DNA of 61,684 nt, counting the filler, from Pirum gemmata (Eukaryota), in assembly GCA_002812295.1 (NCBI GenBank). It is 9 parts of 9 records of this genome, joined end to end, with 100 filler letters (N's around TTAATTAATTAA, not from the genome) between each part and the next. Parts side by side here need not be neighbours in the genome. Positions count along the whole stretch, not along the records: positions 20,818 to 27,535 come from PDIN01000229.1; positions 27,636 to 34,561 come from PDIN01000230.1; positions 34,662 to 41,355 come from PDIN01000231.1; 6 more parts are not named here. The stretch is one strand, 5' to 3'. Within the stretch, counting starts at the first letter, position 1; each line of letters starts with the position of its first letter. Made by a program: the position numbers and the translations under genes. The notes under the pieces are model-generated. The model did no database searches. It was not told the DNA's origin and saw only the letters and a list, made by a program, of their open reading frames with translations. Below are positions 23,786 through 36,479 of the stretch, piece after piece.

Positions 23786-24393
23786 TCTCTCGCACTAGTA
23801 AGTAAATTTGAAATCGAAAACGTAAATTTAAAAGACACTAAAAACCGACAAATGTGGGACAGAAGATATACTTTAAAAAATAGAAAAAATTGAATTCCAA
23901 GCTTGTTAATTAAATTTATTATTAGGAGCTTAAGAGAAAGCCAACAAACAAAGTGATAATGTTCACAAAAAAATTAATTAAAACACACACTTTCACATGC
24001 ACGAAACTTGAAAAAACTTCCGTAATAACATGAGACTCATGGTAATAACAAGATCTAGCTAGACTGGATAATAGATTAATTAAAAGTTTAAAAATAGAAG
24101 AACAAGCTGTGAAAGCCTGTGATGTGATGTTGGCGATTAAATTGACAACCAACAAACGATAGAGACTCATCATAGAGTACTCTAGAAAAAAGCAAAAAAA
24201 GTAAAGAAAACACCGATAATAAAAAAGATCACGGTAAGCTGCAGGTCTTTTTTTTTTTTTTTTTTNTTTTTTTTCATCATCAATAAGAATTATGATATTT
24301 AACATACCAAACACAAGTTACACAACAACAACAGTACAACAACACTACAACAACGCAAATCTAGTAGCAACGCAAATAAATTTACAATTTTAC

Positions 24394-24600
24394 AGATAGA
24401 GTATAGTAGTAGAGTCTCTACACACAACACCACAACATGAAATTGAAGTAACGAGTTGTCAACTTGTTATTTTCTGCATCGATGCACATGATCAAAAAAC
24501 AGAAAAACAAAATGAAAAAAAGAGAAAAAATGCAAAAAATGCTCTCGAAATGCTCTGAGAAAAAATCCCAAAAGAAAAAAAAATTGTACAGGTTGTATGT
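24394..24600 (+). repeat. ~200-bp repeat with an inverted copy at 27240-27450
   Basis: GTAGAGTCTCTACACACAACA...GAAATGCTCTGAGAAAAAATCCCAAAAG matches the reverse complement at 27240-27450. Confidence 0.85.
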
Positions 24601-24612
24601 AGACTTAATTTA

Positions 24613-24765
24613 GTGAGCGTTCAAAATTTAATTCTACGTAACGTCAATTTCCAGTCAAATACAGCTTCAAATACCCCCCTACCCACCTACCCCTCGACGT
24701 TAATTTCCGGTCAAATACCACCTACCTACCTACCCCTTGACGTGACGTATTATTTGAACTCCCCC
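24613..24765. mobile_element. MITE family C copy
   Basis: GTGAGCGTTCAAA...TATTTGAACTCCCCC with the same internal sequence. Confidence 0.8.
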
Positions 24766-24874
24766 CTATATATATATATATATAATTAAATGCTTTTAAG
24801 ACAACTGGCATATATATATAAATATATGTATATATATTCCAAGTTTTAAACAGTTAACTTGTTTTTTACTACAG

Positions 24875-24930
<56 letters not shown>

Positions 24931-25787
24931 GCAGCCAGACTAACTAGAGCTAGCTAGCTACTAGAGTAGCTAGCTAGTAGTAGTAGTCCTAGCTATCAGA
25001 TAGTATCGATAGCCTCTCATTTAGCTAGCTAGCTAGCTAGAGCATTAGGTATCGAAGCTAGCTAGCTAGTACACCGATAGCTACTAGCTAGCTAGCTAGC
25101 TTAGATAGCTACTACTACTAGTAGAGCACCAGGTATCAACTTGAACTCGACTTGAAGCTATACCCGTACGTACTACTAAACTACTACTAACTACTATATC
25201 AAAGAAGAAATGCCAAAACCAAGGAGTTCAAACTCCTTGCCAAAACTAAAGCCAACCTTATTTTAATTAAAAAATTTCAACATAATATTTTCTCATGCAA
25301 TACAAATAACAATCACAACAAATTATGCTGGCAACATTGCTTTCTCATATCTGGAATATAAAACAAAATGAATGAGAAAAGATAATTAAAAATACAAGAA
25401 TCAATATTAAAAGTCACATATGGATACTAAACCAAAGAAAACCAACAAGACAGTGGACGTCGAAAACCCAACCTTTTCAATGTCAATATTGTTCCAAAGA
25501 ATTTCCACCAGAAGTCAACTGTATAAATAAATATAAATAAGACTAGATTATAATTAGAATGGACAACATAAATCTAAATTTTAACAGAAATATAGATGAT
25601 AACTCCAACAATATATCCACAACAATGACTACAATTTCTAAGAACACATTTAAAGGTTCAAAACAAATATGATATTTCTCGACAAAAAAACTCATGCATC
25701 ATAGCTATAGATTATAGATACAAGGTCTTATTATGAAAAATACAAAATTTAATCACAACCAACTGACAACCAAATTATTAACTTATA

Positions 25788-25903
25788 GTGCTTTTTAATT
25801 TAATTTGGTATATTTTATTATCTATTTATTGATATAAAAATATCAATTTAAATATTATAACCCTCCAAATAAATAATCAGAGTGAAAAAATAAATGAAAA
25901 GCA
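25788..25903. mobile_element. Internally deleted MITE A copy
   Basis: GTGCTTTT...TGAAAAGCA. Confidence 0.75.
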
Positions 25904-26279
25904 TGATAGGTCTTACCAAAGTATTATGAAACAAATCAACAAAACACAACTTTAATAATTTAACTATATAACTGCTCCTCCTTTTTTTATTAAAATATAA
26001 AATAGTAGACGGGGTCTATCATAGAAAAAAAAACAAAAAAAAAAAAAACTAGCTAGACTAGTCTAGCTAGTAAGTCTAGTAGTAGACCTAGCTAGCTAGT
26101 AGTTTGCTTTAAAAAAACTATCCATTGTTTCATAATAGAATTATTTTAGTTATGATAGCAGTAAAAAAGAAAAAACTGAAAAAAGCAAAAAAAGAAAAAA
26201 CTGAAAAAGAAAAAACTGAAAAAGAAAAAACTGAAAAAAAAAAAAAAATAAAAAAAAAAAAAAAGAAAAACAAAAAAAA

Positions 26280-26344
<65 letters not shown>

Positions 26345-26629
26345 AGGAAAACTAAGTAGTAGTAGATCCAACAAAGCATCGGTCAGTCAAAGGATTTTCC
26401 ATCAAGTAGTTAGTCTATTCCACGAGCAAGTACCGTCTAATATTTATAGTTTTCAAAACTTCGACCAAGATAGTCGTATTACGAACACGTTGGTTGAGTA
26501 TTTCTTCAGTATTTCTTCGGTGTTGTACGAGTAAAAAAAACATTCCGCATTGCACGATACCATGTTCGGTAGACTAGTGTAGACTAACACTAGACTAACA
26601 CGGTATTTTCACCAGATCCAACAACATAG

Positions 26630-26742
26630 ATATGCAATAAAGAGTACCAAATTTCATTTAATTTGGTATATTTTAAAATAATAGCTTAAATATTATAACC
26701 AACCAAATAAATGTTTGGAGTAACAAAATAAATGAAAAGCAC
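26630..26742. mobile_element. Partial MITE A copy
   Basis: Ends in ACAAAATAAATGAAAAGCAC. Confidence 0.7.
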
Positions 26743-27239
26743 AATATTAAATCTGTATATTAAATACTACCAGTGTGCCGGTATGGTTGATTTTGTTGTT
26801 GTTGTTAGTGGTGGTGGTGATAGACCCCAGTCTATTATTATATCATATCTGATAGTATTATTATTATTATTTGTTGTCGTTGTCGTTTGTTTTGTTTAAA
26901 TTTGTTTTTTTTTAAATTAAATTTGTTGTTACTTTATTGTACATGTTGTTTGTTGTTTGTTGATGTTGATGTTGAAGATGTTGTCGTTGTTGTACATGTT
27001 TGTTGTTGTTGTTGTTGTTGCTTGTTGCTTGTTGCTTGTTGCTTGTTGCTTGTATGATATATATAATATATAAAATAAATATATTATATTATATAGTAAT
27101 CAAATCTGGAGTCTCCAGATAAAAATCTAGAGGGCCTAGATTAATATATATAGTCTCCATATGGAAATCTGGAAGGTGTGCCAAATTACTGCCAAATTCA
27201 ATTTTTGGATTTTTTTTTACATACAAGTTGATGCAAGTT

Positions 27240-27450
27240 CATACATACAACCTCTACATTTTTTTTTTCTTTTGGGATTTTTTCTCAGAGCATTTCGAGA
27301 GCATTTTTTCACTATTTTTTCTCTTTTTTTCATTTTGTTTTTCTGTTTTTTGAACATGTGCCATCGATGCAGAAAATGACAACTCGTTACTTCGATGTGT
27401 TGTTGTGTTGTTGTGTGTAGAGACTCTACTATCATATACTCTCTCTATCT
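27240..27450 (-). repeat. Inverted copy of 24394-24600
   Basis: Reverse-complement match. Confidence 0.85.
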
Positions 27451-27535
27451 TGAATGCTGCCAAAGCTACCCATTCACGGTCTCAAAATTTTCATAGCATA
27501 TCTGGGGGTCGTTGCTGGGGGTAGAGGCTGGGGGT

Positions 27536-27635
27536 NNNNNNNNNNNNNNNNNNNNNNNNNNNNNNNNNNNNNNNNNNNNTTAATTAATTAANNNNNNNNN
27601 NNNNNNNNNNNNNNNNNNNNNNNNNNNNNNNNNNN
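27536..27635. other. Artificial contig-joining spacer
   Basis: N44-TTAATTAATTAA-N44. Confidence 0.97.
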
Positions 27636-27985
27636 GGTCTAGTAGACCTGGGGGTCTATGATGCAAATAACTAAAAAACGACCAACTTTTGGGTGAAAAA
27701 AAAAAAACAAAAAAAATGATATCATTCGTCAAGTATGTACTTATATTTTTGTTTCAAATCATTTATTTCTGCCTGTTACTTCTGTCATTTTTATTGGTTA
27801 TTTTTTTTTTAAAAAAGTGTAAAAAGTTAACTAAATTACCAAAAACAGTACTGGTAAAAACAGCTGTTCACAAAAACGTTGCTAGAAATTTAGAAAAACG
27901 TTATAGAAGTTTATAGGCCTAAAAACTAAAAACGCTGACTAAAAACGCAGACATGTCAAAATTTTTGGGTCTAGTAGACCTGGTC

Positions 27986-28173
27986 TATGATGCAAATAAC
28001 TAAAAAACGCCCAACTTTTGGGTTTCACTAGAATTTTCAGTTTTCGAAAATTAGTAATTTATAGTAATACAATAGTTATTTAATAGATTTGAAGTTTTCG
28101 AACATAAAAAAAAGGGTGGGGCTTTTAATTAGTAAAAAAAAATTTAGGACGTTTTTAGTTTATTTGTACCATA
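27986..28173. mobile_element. MITE family E (~185 bp)
   Basis: TATGATGCAAATAACTAAAAAACG...CGTTTTTAGTTTATTTGTACCATA; second copy 34020-34200; fragments near 11510-11612, 27657-27695 and 43840-43899. Confidence 0.7.
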
Positions 28174-28800
28174 ATATGATAGTCTATTCGGCTTTTTTGG
28201 GGGGGGGGTGTTGTACTGTGTTGTCCAGTTCAAAACTGAAATAAACATACCAAATTATTATTATGATTAAACTATCAGGCATGTTTTAATTAATTTGGTA
28301 TTTTATACATAATGTTATATTTTATAAACAAGTTCAATTATACACTTAAACAGTACAAAATTAAAGAATGAGAAGACAACTGTGTAAAGAAATAGACGAT
28401 ACAGCTAGTAGCTTTTTAATTAAAAAATTTATAGTATTATACTATATTATTATAGGAGTTCTTATTAATATTATGAAATAAGTAAAAAAGTTAGCAGACA
28501 GCTACGATATTATAGCACAAATCATAATATATGATATTAATAATACTAGTTAGAATACCCATATATACTAATCTAGCTATTTATCCTTTGCAATTGTATA
28601 CTTAGATTCTACGACTCCTCCTTTTTACTATATCATAATCCTTATAATGGTTATGATAGTCTTGTCTAAGTAAAAAGTAATATTATATTATACTATACAT
28701 CATGATCACCATTATTCATGTTGTATGATATTATAATAAATAGAAAAATTAAAAAAAGTCAACACTCATAGACTAATCATGATCATAACAATGACCCATA

Positions 28801-28979
28801 CAGTGCTTTTCAGTTGTTTTGTCATCATAAAATATACAATAAAGAGTACCAAATTAATACTATATAAATTCATTTAATTTAATTTGGTATATTTTATTAT
28901 CTATTTATTCATTTAAAAACGTCAAATTAAATATTATAACCAAGCAAATAAATATTCAGAGTGACAAAATAAACGAAAA
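28801..28979. mobile_element. MITE family A copy
   Basis: TA|CAGTGCTTTTCAG start, a Tc1/mariner-type CAGTG terminus. Confidence 0.8.
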
Positions 28980-29627
28980 TATAATTCACCCATACCCATG
29001 CTAAAAACTATATTTTAATTAATTAATTAACTATTACTCATAATAATCGGAATCATTCCTGTTAATCCAAAACCGTTAAAACTAAAGGGAAACTGTAAAT
29101 AATCGCTTCCAAGATCGGAGCGACAATATTATATGATATAAAAAAAGTTGATTTAAATATATGGTATTATCATATCATTTAAAAAAAAAAAAAAGAACAA
29201 ACAACCAAATCCAAGTGAAATCATTAGGTATAGTATATCATTCATATGTAAGCTTTTTGAAATTTTGAGCCTGTCAATTTTTTATTTAAAATTAATATAA
29301 TATATTAATATATATCATAATTATAAATAAATATAATAACCAGATGTAGGTGTTTTGGCCCTTCATATTCACAAGCTGTAGAATATTATGTATTATATTA
29401 CATTATACACGGGGTTTACATAACTATATAAAAATAAAGAAATTATAATTAAAACATGCAACTACAACCATAATCATACACAGGGTTCATATATTATAAT
29501 AACTATAATATTATATAAAATAAATAAAAAAACACAACTACATATGAATCTAACTACAACCATAATCATCAATGACCATAAGTATTTGTAGTTGTATGAC
29601 TTAAAAACATATTAATTACCACATATA

Positions 29628-29720
29628 TAACCATAATCATGATCATAACCATAATCATGATCATAACCATAATCATGATCATAACCATAATCATGATCAT
29701 AACCATAATCATGATCATAA
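29628..29720. repeat. 18-bp tandem repeat AACCATAATCATGATCAT, 5 copies
   Basis: Direct reading. Confidence 0.9.
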
Positions 29721-29767
29721 TAAAGTAGTGACTATAAGCATTTGGTACATACACTTACATACTATAA

Positions 29768-29912
29768 GGGAGCGATCAAATAATACGTCACATCAAGGGG
29801 TAAGTAGGTAGGTGGTATTTAACCGGAAAGTAACGTCGAAGGGTAATTAGGTAGGGGGTATTTGAATCTGTATTTGATCGGAAATTGGCTTTACGTAGTA
29901 TTTGAACTCTCC
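29768..29912. mobile_element. MITE family C copy with TAA TSD
   Basis: TAA|GGGAGCGATCAAATA...TATTTGAACTCTCC|TAA. Confidence 0.85.
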
Positions 29913-30685
29913 TAAAGTGGTTGGGACACTATTACATAGATGAAATAACATGTGGTTTTCCGTGGTTATGATATTATGATATCTAGTGATTCTATCATAT
30001 TTCTTCAGAGTAGCTAGTAGGGCAACGCTAACTTAAAGGACCCACAAATGAAATGGTGCCACATATGTAATATAAATAAATAAATTGCCTTGACCATAAG
30101 CATGAATGTAACTTTAAAAACTAAACAAAGTCAGTAGAATATTATAACTATGAAATAAATAAGTAAATTACTTTAACCATAAACATGAACGTAACCAACT
30201 TTAACCAAAATCATGATCATAACAACAACTAATACTATACAAAAGTGCTGTACAAAAGTGGACATACTCTGTTATGATAGATGGTTGTTAGGATGAGTGT
30301 GACAAAAATAAATTCAAAAATAGTACTAGTACAATAGTCTGTGACTCTACAGATTCTGTGCAGTCTGCACGTATAGAACTAGCTCTAGAGCTACGTCGTA
30401 GTCTATACGTAAAGAATAATAGAATAATATTCGTGACTTTTCTAACAAACAGCTCCAAATCATAGTATCATAACGAATACACCAATGATATTATGATAGA
30501 TCATAGATCATAAAAAACAAAAACAAAAAGACAAAAAAACAACCAAATACAAGAGATATTATTCGTTACCTTTATCTGGAGTAGACTGACTGACTATATT
30601 TTCATAGCATTTTGAGGCTTTTTGATAGGCTTTTTGATCCGATGATAACAAATATTAATAGGAGGAAAGAGCATTGTTTTTTCTT

Positions 30686-30741
<56 letters not shown>

Positions 30742-31962
30742 CATTTTTTCATTTTTATTGTCATTTATATTTTATTTATCATATTACCGGTAGTATGATA
30801 ACGGCAATATATAATTATATTATCGTGTTTTTCAATAGTGTTGTCCAGTTCAAAAACTAAATTAAACGTACCAAATTATTATTATGGTTAAACTATCAGG
30901 CATGTTTTAATTAATTTGGTATTTCATATTTAATGTTGTATTTTATAAACAAGTTCAATTGTACATTTAAACAGCACCAAATTATTGTAATGAAATAAAT
31001 ATTATAATAATTATAGACTATGCCCATTAAAATTTTAAAAACATAACATGTATTATGCTAAGTACTTTTATATACTATCATAGACTATGTTCATTAAAAA
31101 TTGAAAAACATATATTATATAATACTATCATAATGTACAAAAAAATACCAAAATAAATAAAAAAACATATTAAAAATATAATTTTGAGGATAACAACAAC
31201 AATACCAAAATAAATAAAAAAACATATTAAATATAATTTTGAGGATAACAACAGCTGCTAGTAGGCTATATGAATGTAACTAAACCATAATCATGATGAT
31301 AACAGTATCATAACCATACATTAGTATTTTATGACAACAAAAAATAAATAAAATTACTATATTTTATAAGAGCTTTATAAGCATGATTGTAACCATTTGT
31401 ATGACGTGGTTAGTATATATAACTCATAAATATATAAATTATACTAAATTATCATAATCCTAAGCATGGAAGTAACTATAATAGCTCTATAACCATACTA
31501 TAAAGTGTGTTCGATAATAGTTAACTTTTAAATGATTGTTTCAAATAAATATTTTGCCAGACTTGGGTGGGAATTCGGGATACATACTTGTTAACTTTGG
31601 TTACAATATTATTACACTATTATGATATGTATACTACAGCTATATTACATAATATATTATCATAAAATCTTATTAATTTCTGCGTTACTCTCAGCCGACT
31701 CCCAGCCGCCTAATTTTTTATTGTTGTAAACATCGATTTATATATAATATCACCCGTAAGTCATGTTGATATTTTTTTTTGTTTTGGATTTTAAAATTTT
31801 ATCGTGAATAATGAAATGTAATACATGGACTATATATACATGGGCTGCGAGAAATGATCTTTTAGAATTTTTGGAATTTTGGACCTGCATAATTTTGGTT
31901 ACCTGGTCCGTGATTGGGGGAACTTGCATCACAGACTCCCAGCGATGATAACCCAACCAACC

Positions 31963-32136
31963 CAGGGATGTTAAAAAATTAAATCCGAAACTGGATGGCC
32001 TTCGGATCGGATCGGTCGGGGTAAGGGGTTTGAAGTTTGAACTTTCACTAGCTAGCTAGGTGGGTAAAAGTTTTGTCGGTCGGGTAAACAAAATGGTCAG
32101 ATCGGGTCGGGGGTGGGGGTCGGATTTAACAACCCT
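31963..32136. mobile_element. Possible hAT-like MITE relic
   Basis: CAGGGATGTTAAA...TTTAACAACCCT inverted ends; internal TCGG repeats; no TSD. Confidence 0.45.
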
Positions 32137-32565
32137 CCAGTCACCTCCTTCCTTCCCTCTTTCAGCTGTATAAGCTCCACCCTCCATTCGTCTAGCTCCA
32201 TTCGTTTTAGATAATGACGTCAAATAAAAAATAATGGCTTTTTATTAGTGGAAAAAGGAAATAACTTTTAAATGGTTCACAAGTTATCACTCTATTAATT
32301 GGATAAAAGAGCTTAAAACTCTAATTTTGGAGTCAATTTGGAATTTTGCAGCTCCTTTTTTTTTTTTTTTTAAAAAGGTACCTAAAATGAACGAATAGCG
32401 TTTAAAGGAGCCTTCGAAAGTTTGAATGTGTTAAATGAGCTGCTAAATTGCTTGCTTAATCGACCAATAAAAAAAATGTACATATTTCCGCCCTGTTAAC
32501 TGCTTTGGTTTTTTACATAATAAAGTCTGAATATTATTAATCATAATTATTATGATAGATCTATC

Positions 32566-32747
32566 GTGCTTTTCATTTATTTTGTCACTCTGAATATTTA
32601 TTTGGAGGGTTATAATCTTTAAATTGACATTTTTAAATAAATAAATAGATAATAAAATATACCAAATTAAAATAAATGGATTTATATTGTATTAATTTGG
32701 TACTATTTATTGTTGATTTTTATGATGACAAAACAACTGAAAAGCAC
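32566..32747. mobile_element. MITE family A copy
   Basis: Full TIRs at both ends. Confidence 0.88.
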
Positions 32748-33039
32748 TACAGTAAAAATTTTAAAATGTCACAGTTTGGAGTTACTATGGAAATTATCAG
32801 CATTTATGTATAATTACATAGATTTTATTAAGTAAATAATTTTATTAAGTAAATAATATCGTGTTTTTCAATAGTGTTATCCAGTTCAAAAACTGAAACA
32901 AACGTATTAATACCAAATTATTATTATGGTTAAACTATCTAGACGATGTGATCTATATAAACTACTTGAGACTTACTCGGTGGCCATCCTGAATACTCTA
33001 TACATATTATATACTAGCTAACGCCTAGTACTAGTGGTA

Positions 33040-33660
33040 GTGTTTGTTGTTGCTGTTGTTGTGGTCGTTGTCTTTGCTGTTGTTGCTGTTGTTGTTGTTG
33101 CTATTGTTGTTGCTATTGTTGTTATTGTTGATGTTGTTGTTATTGTTATTATTATTATTATTGTTGCTGTTGTTATTGTTGTTGTTGTTATTGTTGTTGT
33201 TGTTATTGTTGTTGTTGTTTTTTCTGTTGTTGTTTTTGTTGTTGCTGTTGTTGCTGTTGTTGTTGTTATTGTTGTTGTTGTTGTTGTTGTTGTTGTAGCT
33301 GGAGCACAAACATCACCAACCACCACTACCAACAACAACAACAACAATAACAATAACAATAACAATAACACACACAACAATAACAATAACAATAATAATT
33401 AACAACAACACCAACAACAATATGAATAGCAACAACACCACCACCACCACCAACAATACCACCACCACCAACAACAATAACAACAACAACAACACGTACC
33501 ACCACCACCAACCAACAACAGCAACAGCAACACGTACCGCCACCACCACCAACACCACCAACACCACCAACAACAACAACAAACAACAAACAACAAACAA
33601 CAAACAACAAACAACAAACAACAAACAACAAACAACAAACAACAAACAACAAACAAAGCA
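33040..33660. repeat. (GTT)n tract followed by (AAC)n/(ACAA)n tract
   Basis: Strand switch at ~33300. Confidence 0.9.
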
Positions 33661-33788
33661 AGAAAGTTGTTTATTATAGTCTATATTATATAGTTACAGT
33701 TTAGTTACTATTCTAGTAACTAGCTAGCGTAGTCTACTCACTAGTCTACCTTAGATTCGTTTACTAATCTGACTAGACTGTTATTGAT

Positions 33789-33937
33789 AGGGTTAGGGTT
33801 AGGGTTAGGGTTANNNNNNNNNNNNNNNNNNNGTTAGGGTTAGGGTTAGGGTTAGGGTTAGGGTTAGGGTTAGGGTTAGGGTTAGGGTTAGGGTTAGGGT
33901 TAGGGTTAGGGTTAGGGTTAGGGTTAGGGTTAGGGTT
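33789..33937 (+). repeat. Perfect internal (TTAGGG)n with a short N gap
   Basis: Direct reading. Confidence 0.95.
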
Positions 33938-34019
33938 ATAAACTACATTATCGTTTTTAAAAGCAGCGCCAATGTTTTAGCGTTGGCACTGTTATAGCAT
34001 TGGCACTGTTAAAGTCTCA

Positions 34020-34200
34020 TATGATGCAAACATGTAAAAACGTCTAACTTTTGGGTTTTATTAGATTTTTCAGTTTTCGGATGTAAGTATTTTTTAATAG
34101 TTATTTAGTAGGTTTAAAATTTTTGAACATATTATAAATATATAAATGGTACTTTTAATTAGTAAAAAAAGTAAGACGTTTTTAGATTGTTTGCACCATA
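34020..34200. mobile_element. MITE family E copy
   Basis: TATGATGCAAAC...GTTTGCACCATA. Confidence 0.7.
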
Positions 34201-34252
34201 ATAGGTGAATGTCAAAGTTGTCAACTATGTCAATGAAAAGCACTGGTAAAAT

Positions 34253-34483
34253 AGTAGGGGTGAGATGATGTCATTTTATTATTACCGAGCAGCTGCCAGA
34301 ACTTTCCGATTTTATGGTTTTGTTACTATTAATGTTAAGTATATTACTTTAATTGGCAACTCCTATAATTAAATTTACTATTTTAAGCTATTAAACTGCT
34401 ATTATTAGTAAGAAACTCGGAACTAAGGTTGGCTCGATAAGCTTCTATTCGAAAAAAGTTCCAGTAGATATCTCACCCCTACT
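34253..34483. mobile_element. MITE family B copy (reverse orientation, no TSD)
   Basis: AGTAGGGGTGAGAT...ATCTCACCCCTACT. Confidence 0.88.
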
Positions 34484-34561
34484 ATTTTAAGGCAGTTTTA
34501 TTTTTTATTTTTTAAAAAAAAAACTGTCATTTCAGTTTTTTTTTTTTTTTTTTTTTTTTTT

Positions 34562-34661
34562 NNNNNNNNNNNNNNNNNNNNNNNNNNNNNNNNNNNNNNN
34601 NNNNNTTAATTAATTAANNNNNNNNNNNNNNNNNNNNNNNNNNNNNNNNNNNNNNNNNNNN
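34562..34661. other. Artificial contig-joining spacer
   Basis: N44-TTAATTAATTAA-N44. Confidence 0.97.
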
Positions 34662-34930
34662 AGGGTTAGGGTTAGGGTTAGGATTCAAGAGTTTTTAGGG
34701 GATTGGCGTTTTTAGGGGTTTATGGTTTCTAGGGTTTTAGGGTTTTTAGGGTTTTAGGGGTTTTAGGGGTTTTAGGGATTTTTAGGGGTTTTAGGGTTTT
34801 AGTCTTTTTAGGGTTTTAGGGTTTTTGGGGTTTTTGGGTTTTTGGGGGTTTAGGGGTTTTAGGGGTTTTAGGGTTTTAGGGGTTTTACGGTTTTTAGGTT
34901 TTTAGGGTTTTTAGGACTTAGGATTTAGGA
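34662..34930 (+). repeat. Telomere-like TTAGGG/TTTTAGGGG repeats in CDC20 intron 3
   Basis: Direct reading; lies downstream of the exon 3 donor. Confidence 0.8.
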
Positions 34931-35107
34931 TCAAAAGTATTAAACTTTTAAACACGAAACCAGAAACAGAAATACATATCAAACCAATACAATTACACGT
35001 CTATCATTTAACAAAACAGACAAAACGACCAAACCACAAAACGACAAAACGTCAAAACCCCCACAAAAACCCACAACATCAATATACAATTATAAACTAA
35101 AACCAAC

Positions 35108-35482
35108 CTTAACAGCTGCATTATGATCAGCTATAGAAAATCTTGGTCTATCATAATTATTAATATCCCAAATATTTAAAATATTATCATTGCCGCCGCT
35201 AGCTAACTGATTTCCATCTGCAGACCATTGTAATCCACACACTTCTTGGGTGTGTGCTTCCAAATTGGCTACTAGATGGTTTTGGATACGAACATCATGG
35301 TGATGTATTTGCCCTGAACGACTGCCAGATGACAACATGTGTTTATTCCAAGCCAATGCTCCAATACGCCCTGAATGCCCTCCCATTGTTCTTAAGCATT
35401 TCAATTCCGAGGCATCCCATAATTGTACTTCTTTATCGTTGGTTCCCACTGCTAATACATTTCCTTCTTCTATCCAATTGAC
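35108..35482 (-). CDS. CDC20: CDC20/Fizzy exon 3 (WD40 repeats); later exons are absent from this contig
   Basis: TTCCAG|VNWIEEGNVLAVGT...SSGSRSGQIHHHDVR...HTQEVCGLQWS...ASGGNDN...HNAAVK|GTTGGT. Confidence 0.92.
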
Positions 35483-35629
35483 CTGGAATAAATATTGAGC
35501 GTTATGAGGGTTAGTGTTAGCGTTTACGTTTAGGGTTTAAATTTTACGGTTAGAGCTTAGGCAAGGAGAAAGGTTAGAGTTAGGGTAAAGTTAAGCGGTA
35601 GTGTGGACTTAATAAATACTAAAACTTAC

Positions 35630-35796
35630 AGAAGAAACATAGTTTTCAGTGTTTGTTGTTGACATTAGTTTAGTTATGTTTCCTGAATCTGCATTCCACA
35701 AATACACTGAATTCCCTAATGCAACGCTCAGAACATTGGAGGATTGACTCCATGATAAAAGGTTTAAATAATAGTCGTCCATTAACTCTGGTGCAT
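35630..35796 (-). CDS. CDC20: CDC20 exon 2
   Basis: TTATTAG|(G)AT gives DAPELMDDYYLNLLSWS...NYVSS|GTAAGT; phases match the neighbouring exons. Confidence 0.92.
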
Positions 35797-36479
35797 CTAA
35801 TAAAAGCATAATAATAATCGAGTATAATAATAAATGGGTTAGGATTAAATTGGGGTTAGGATTAGGATTAGGATTAGGATTAGGATTAGGATTATTAAAT
35901 TGGATTTAGGATTAGGATTAGGATTAATATTAGGATTAGAGTGGTAATAAAGAAAAATAATAATAAGTTCTAATTGTAAAGAATAATAATAAATAATAAT
36001 AAATATAAATGATTAGAAAGATAATTTTAAAGTGTATTTTTTAAAATAAGATAAATGATAATAATTATTATTATATAGAATAATATTAAATGGTAACGAT
36101 GATAAATGAAAATAATAATAATTGTAACAAATAATTGAAAATAGTAATAAAGGAAAACAATAATAAGATATAATAATAAAGCTATATAATAATAATTAAT
36201 AATTATAAACGATAATTTTAAATAACAAAAAAGATAAATAAAATAATAACAATTGTAAAGAATGATTTCAAATGATACTAATAAAATAAAGATCAATAAT
36301 AACAATAATAATAATAAAGGTAAAACATAATTTTAAATAATAAAGATAAATTGAAAAATTAAGTAATAATACTAATTGGAAGAAATTTTTAAATAATAAT
36401 AATAATGGTAAAGAAAACGTTTGAAATCAACAAATAGAATGAAATCATAGATAATAACGATAATGATTGTAAAAAAACA

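Noticed and set aside
27217..27463. Small Lys/Cys-rich ORFs
   Set aside because: Lie within a dispersed non-coding repeat; the other copy differs by indels.
33018..33679. Poly-N/T/V/L ORFs
   Set aside because: Simple repeats open in many frames with no unique coding sequence.
33789..34930. Contigs as telomere-capped nanochromosomes
   Set aside because: Most contigs end in homopolymers or microsatellites, and the tract at 34662 has the wrong polarity for a left end and lies in an intron.
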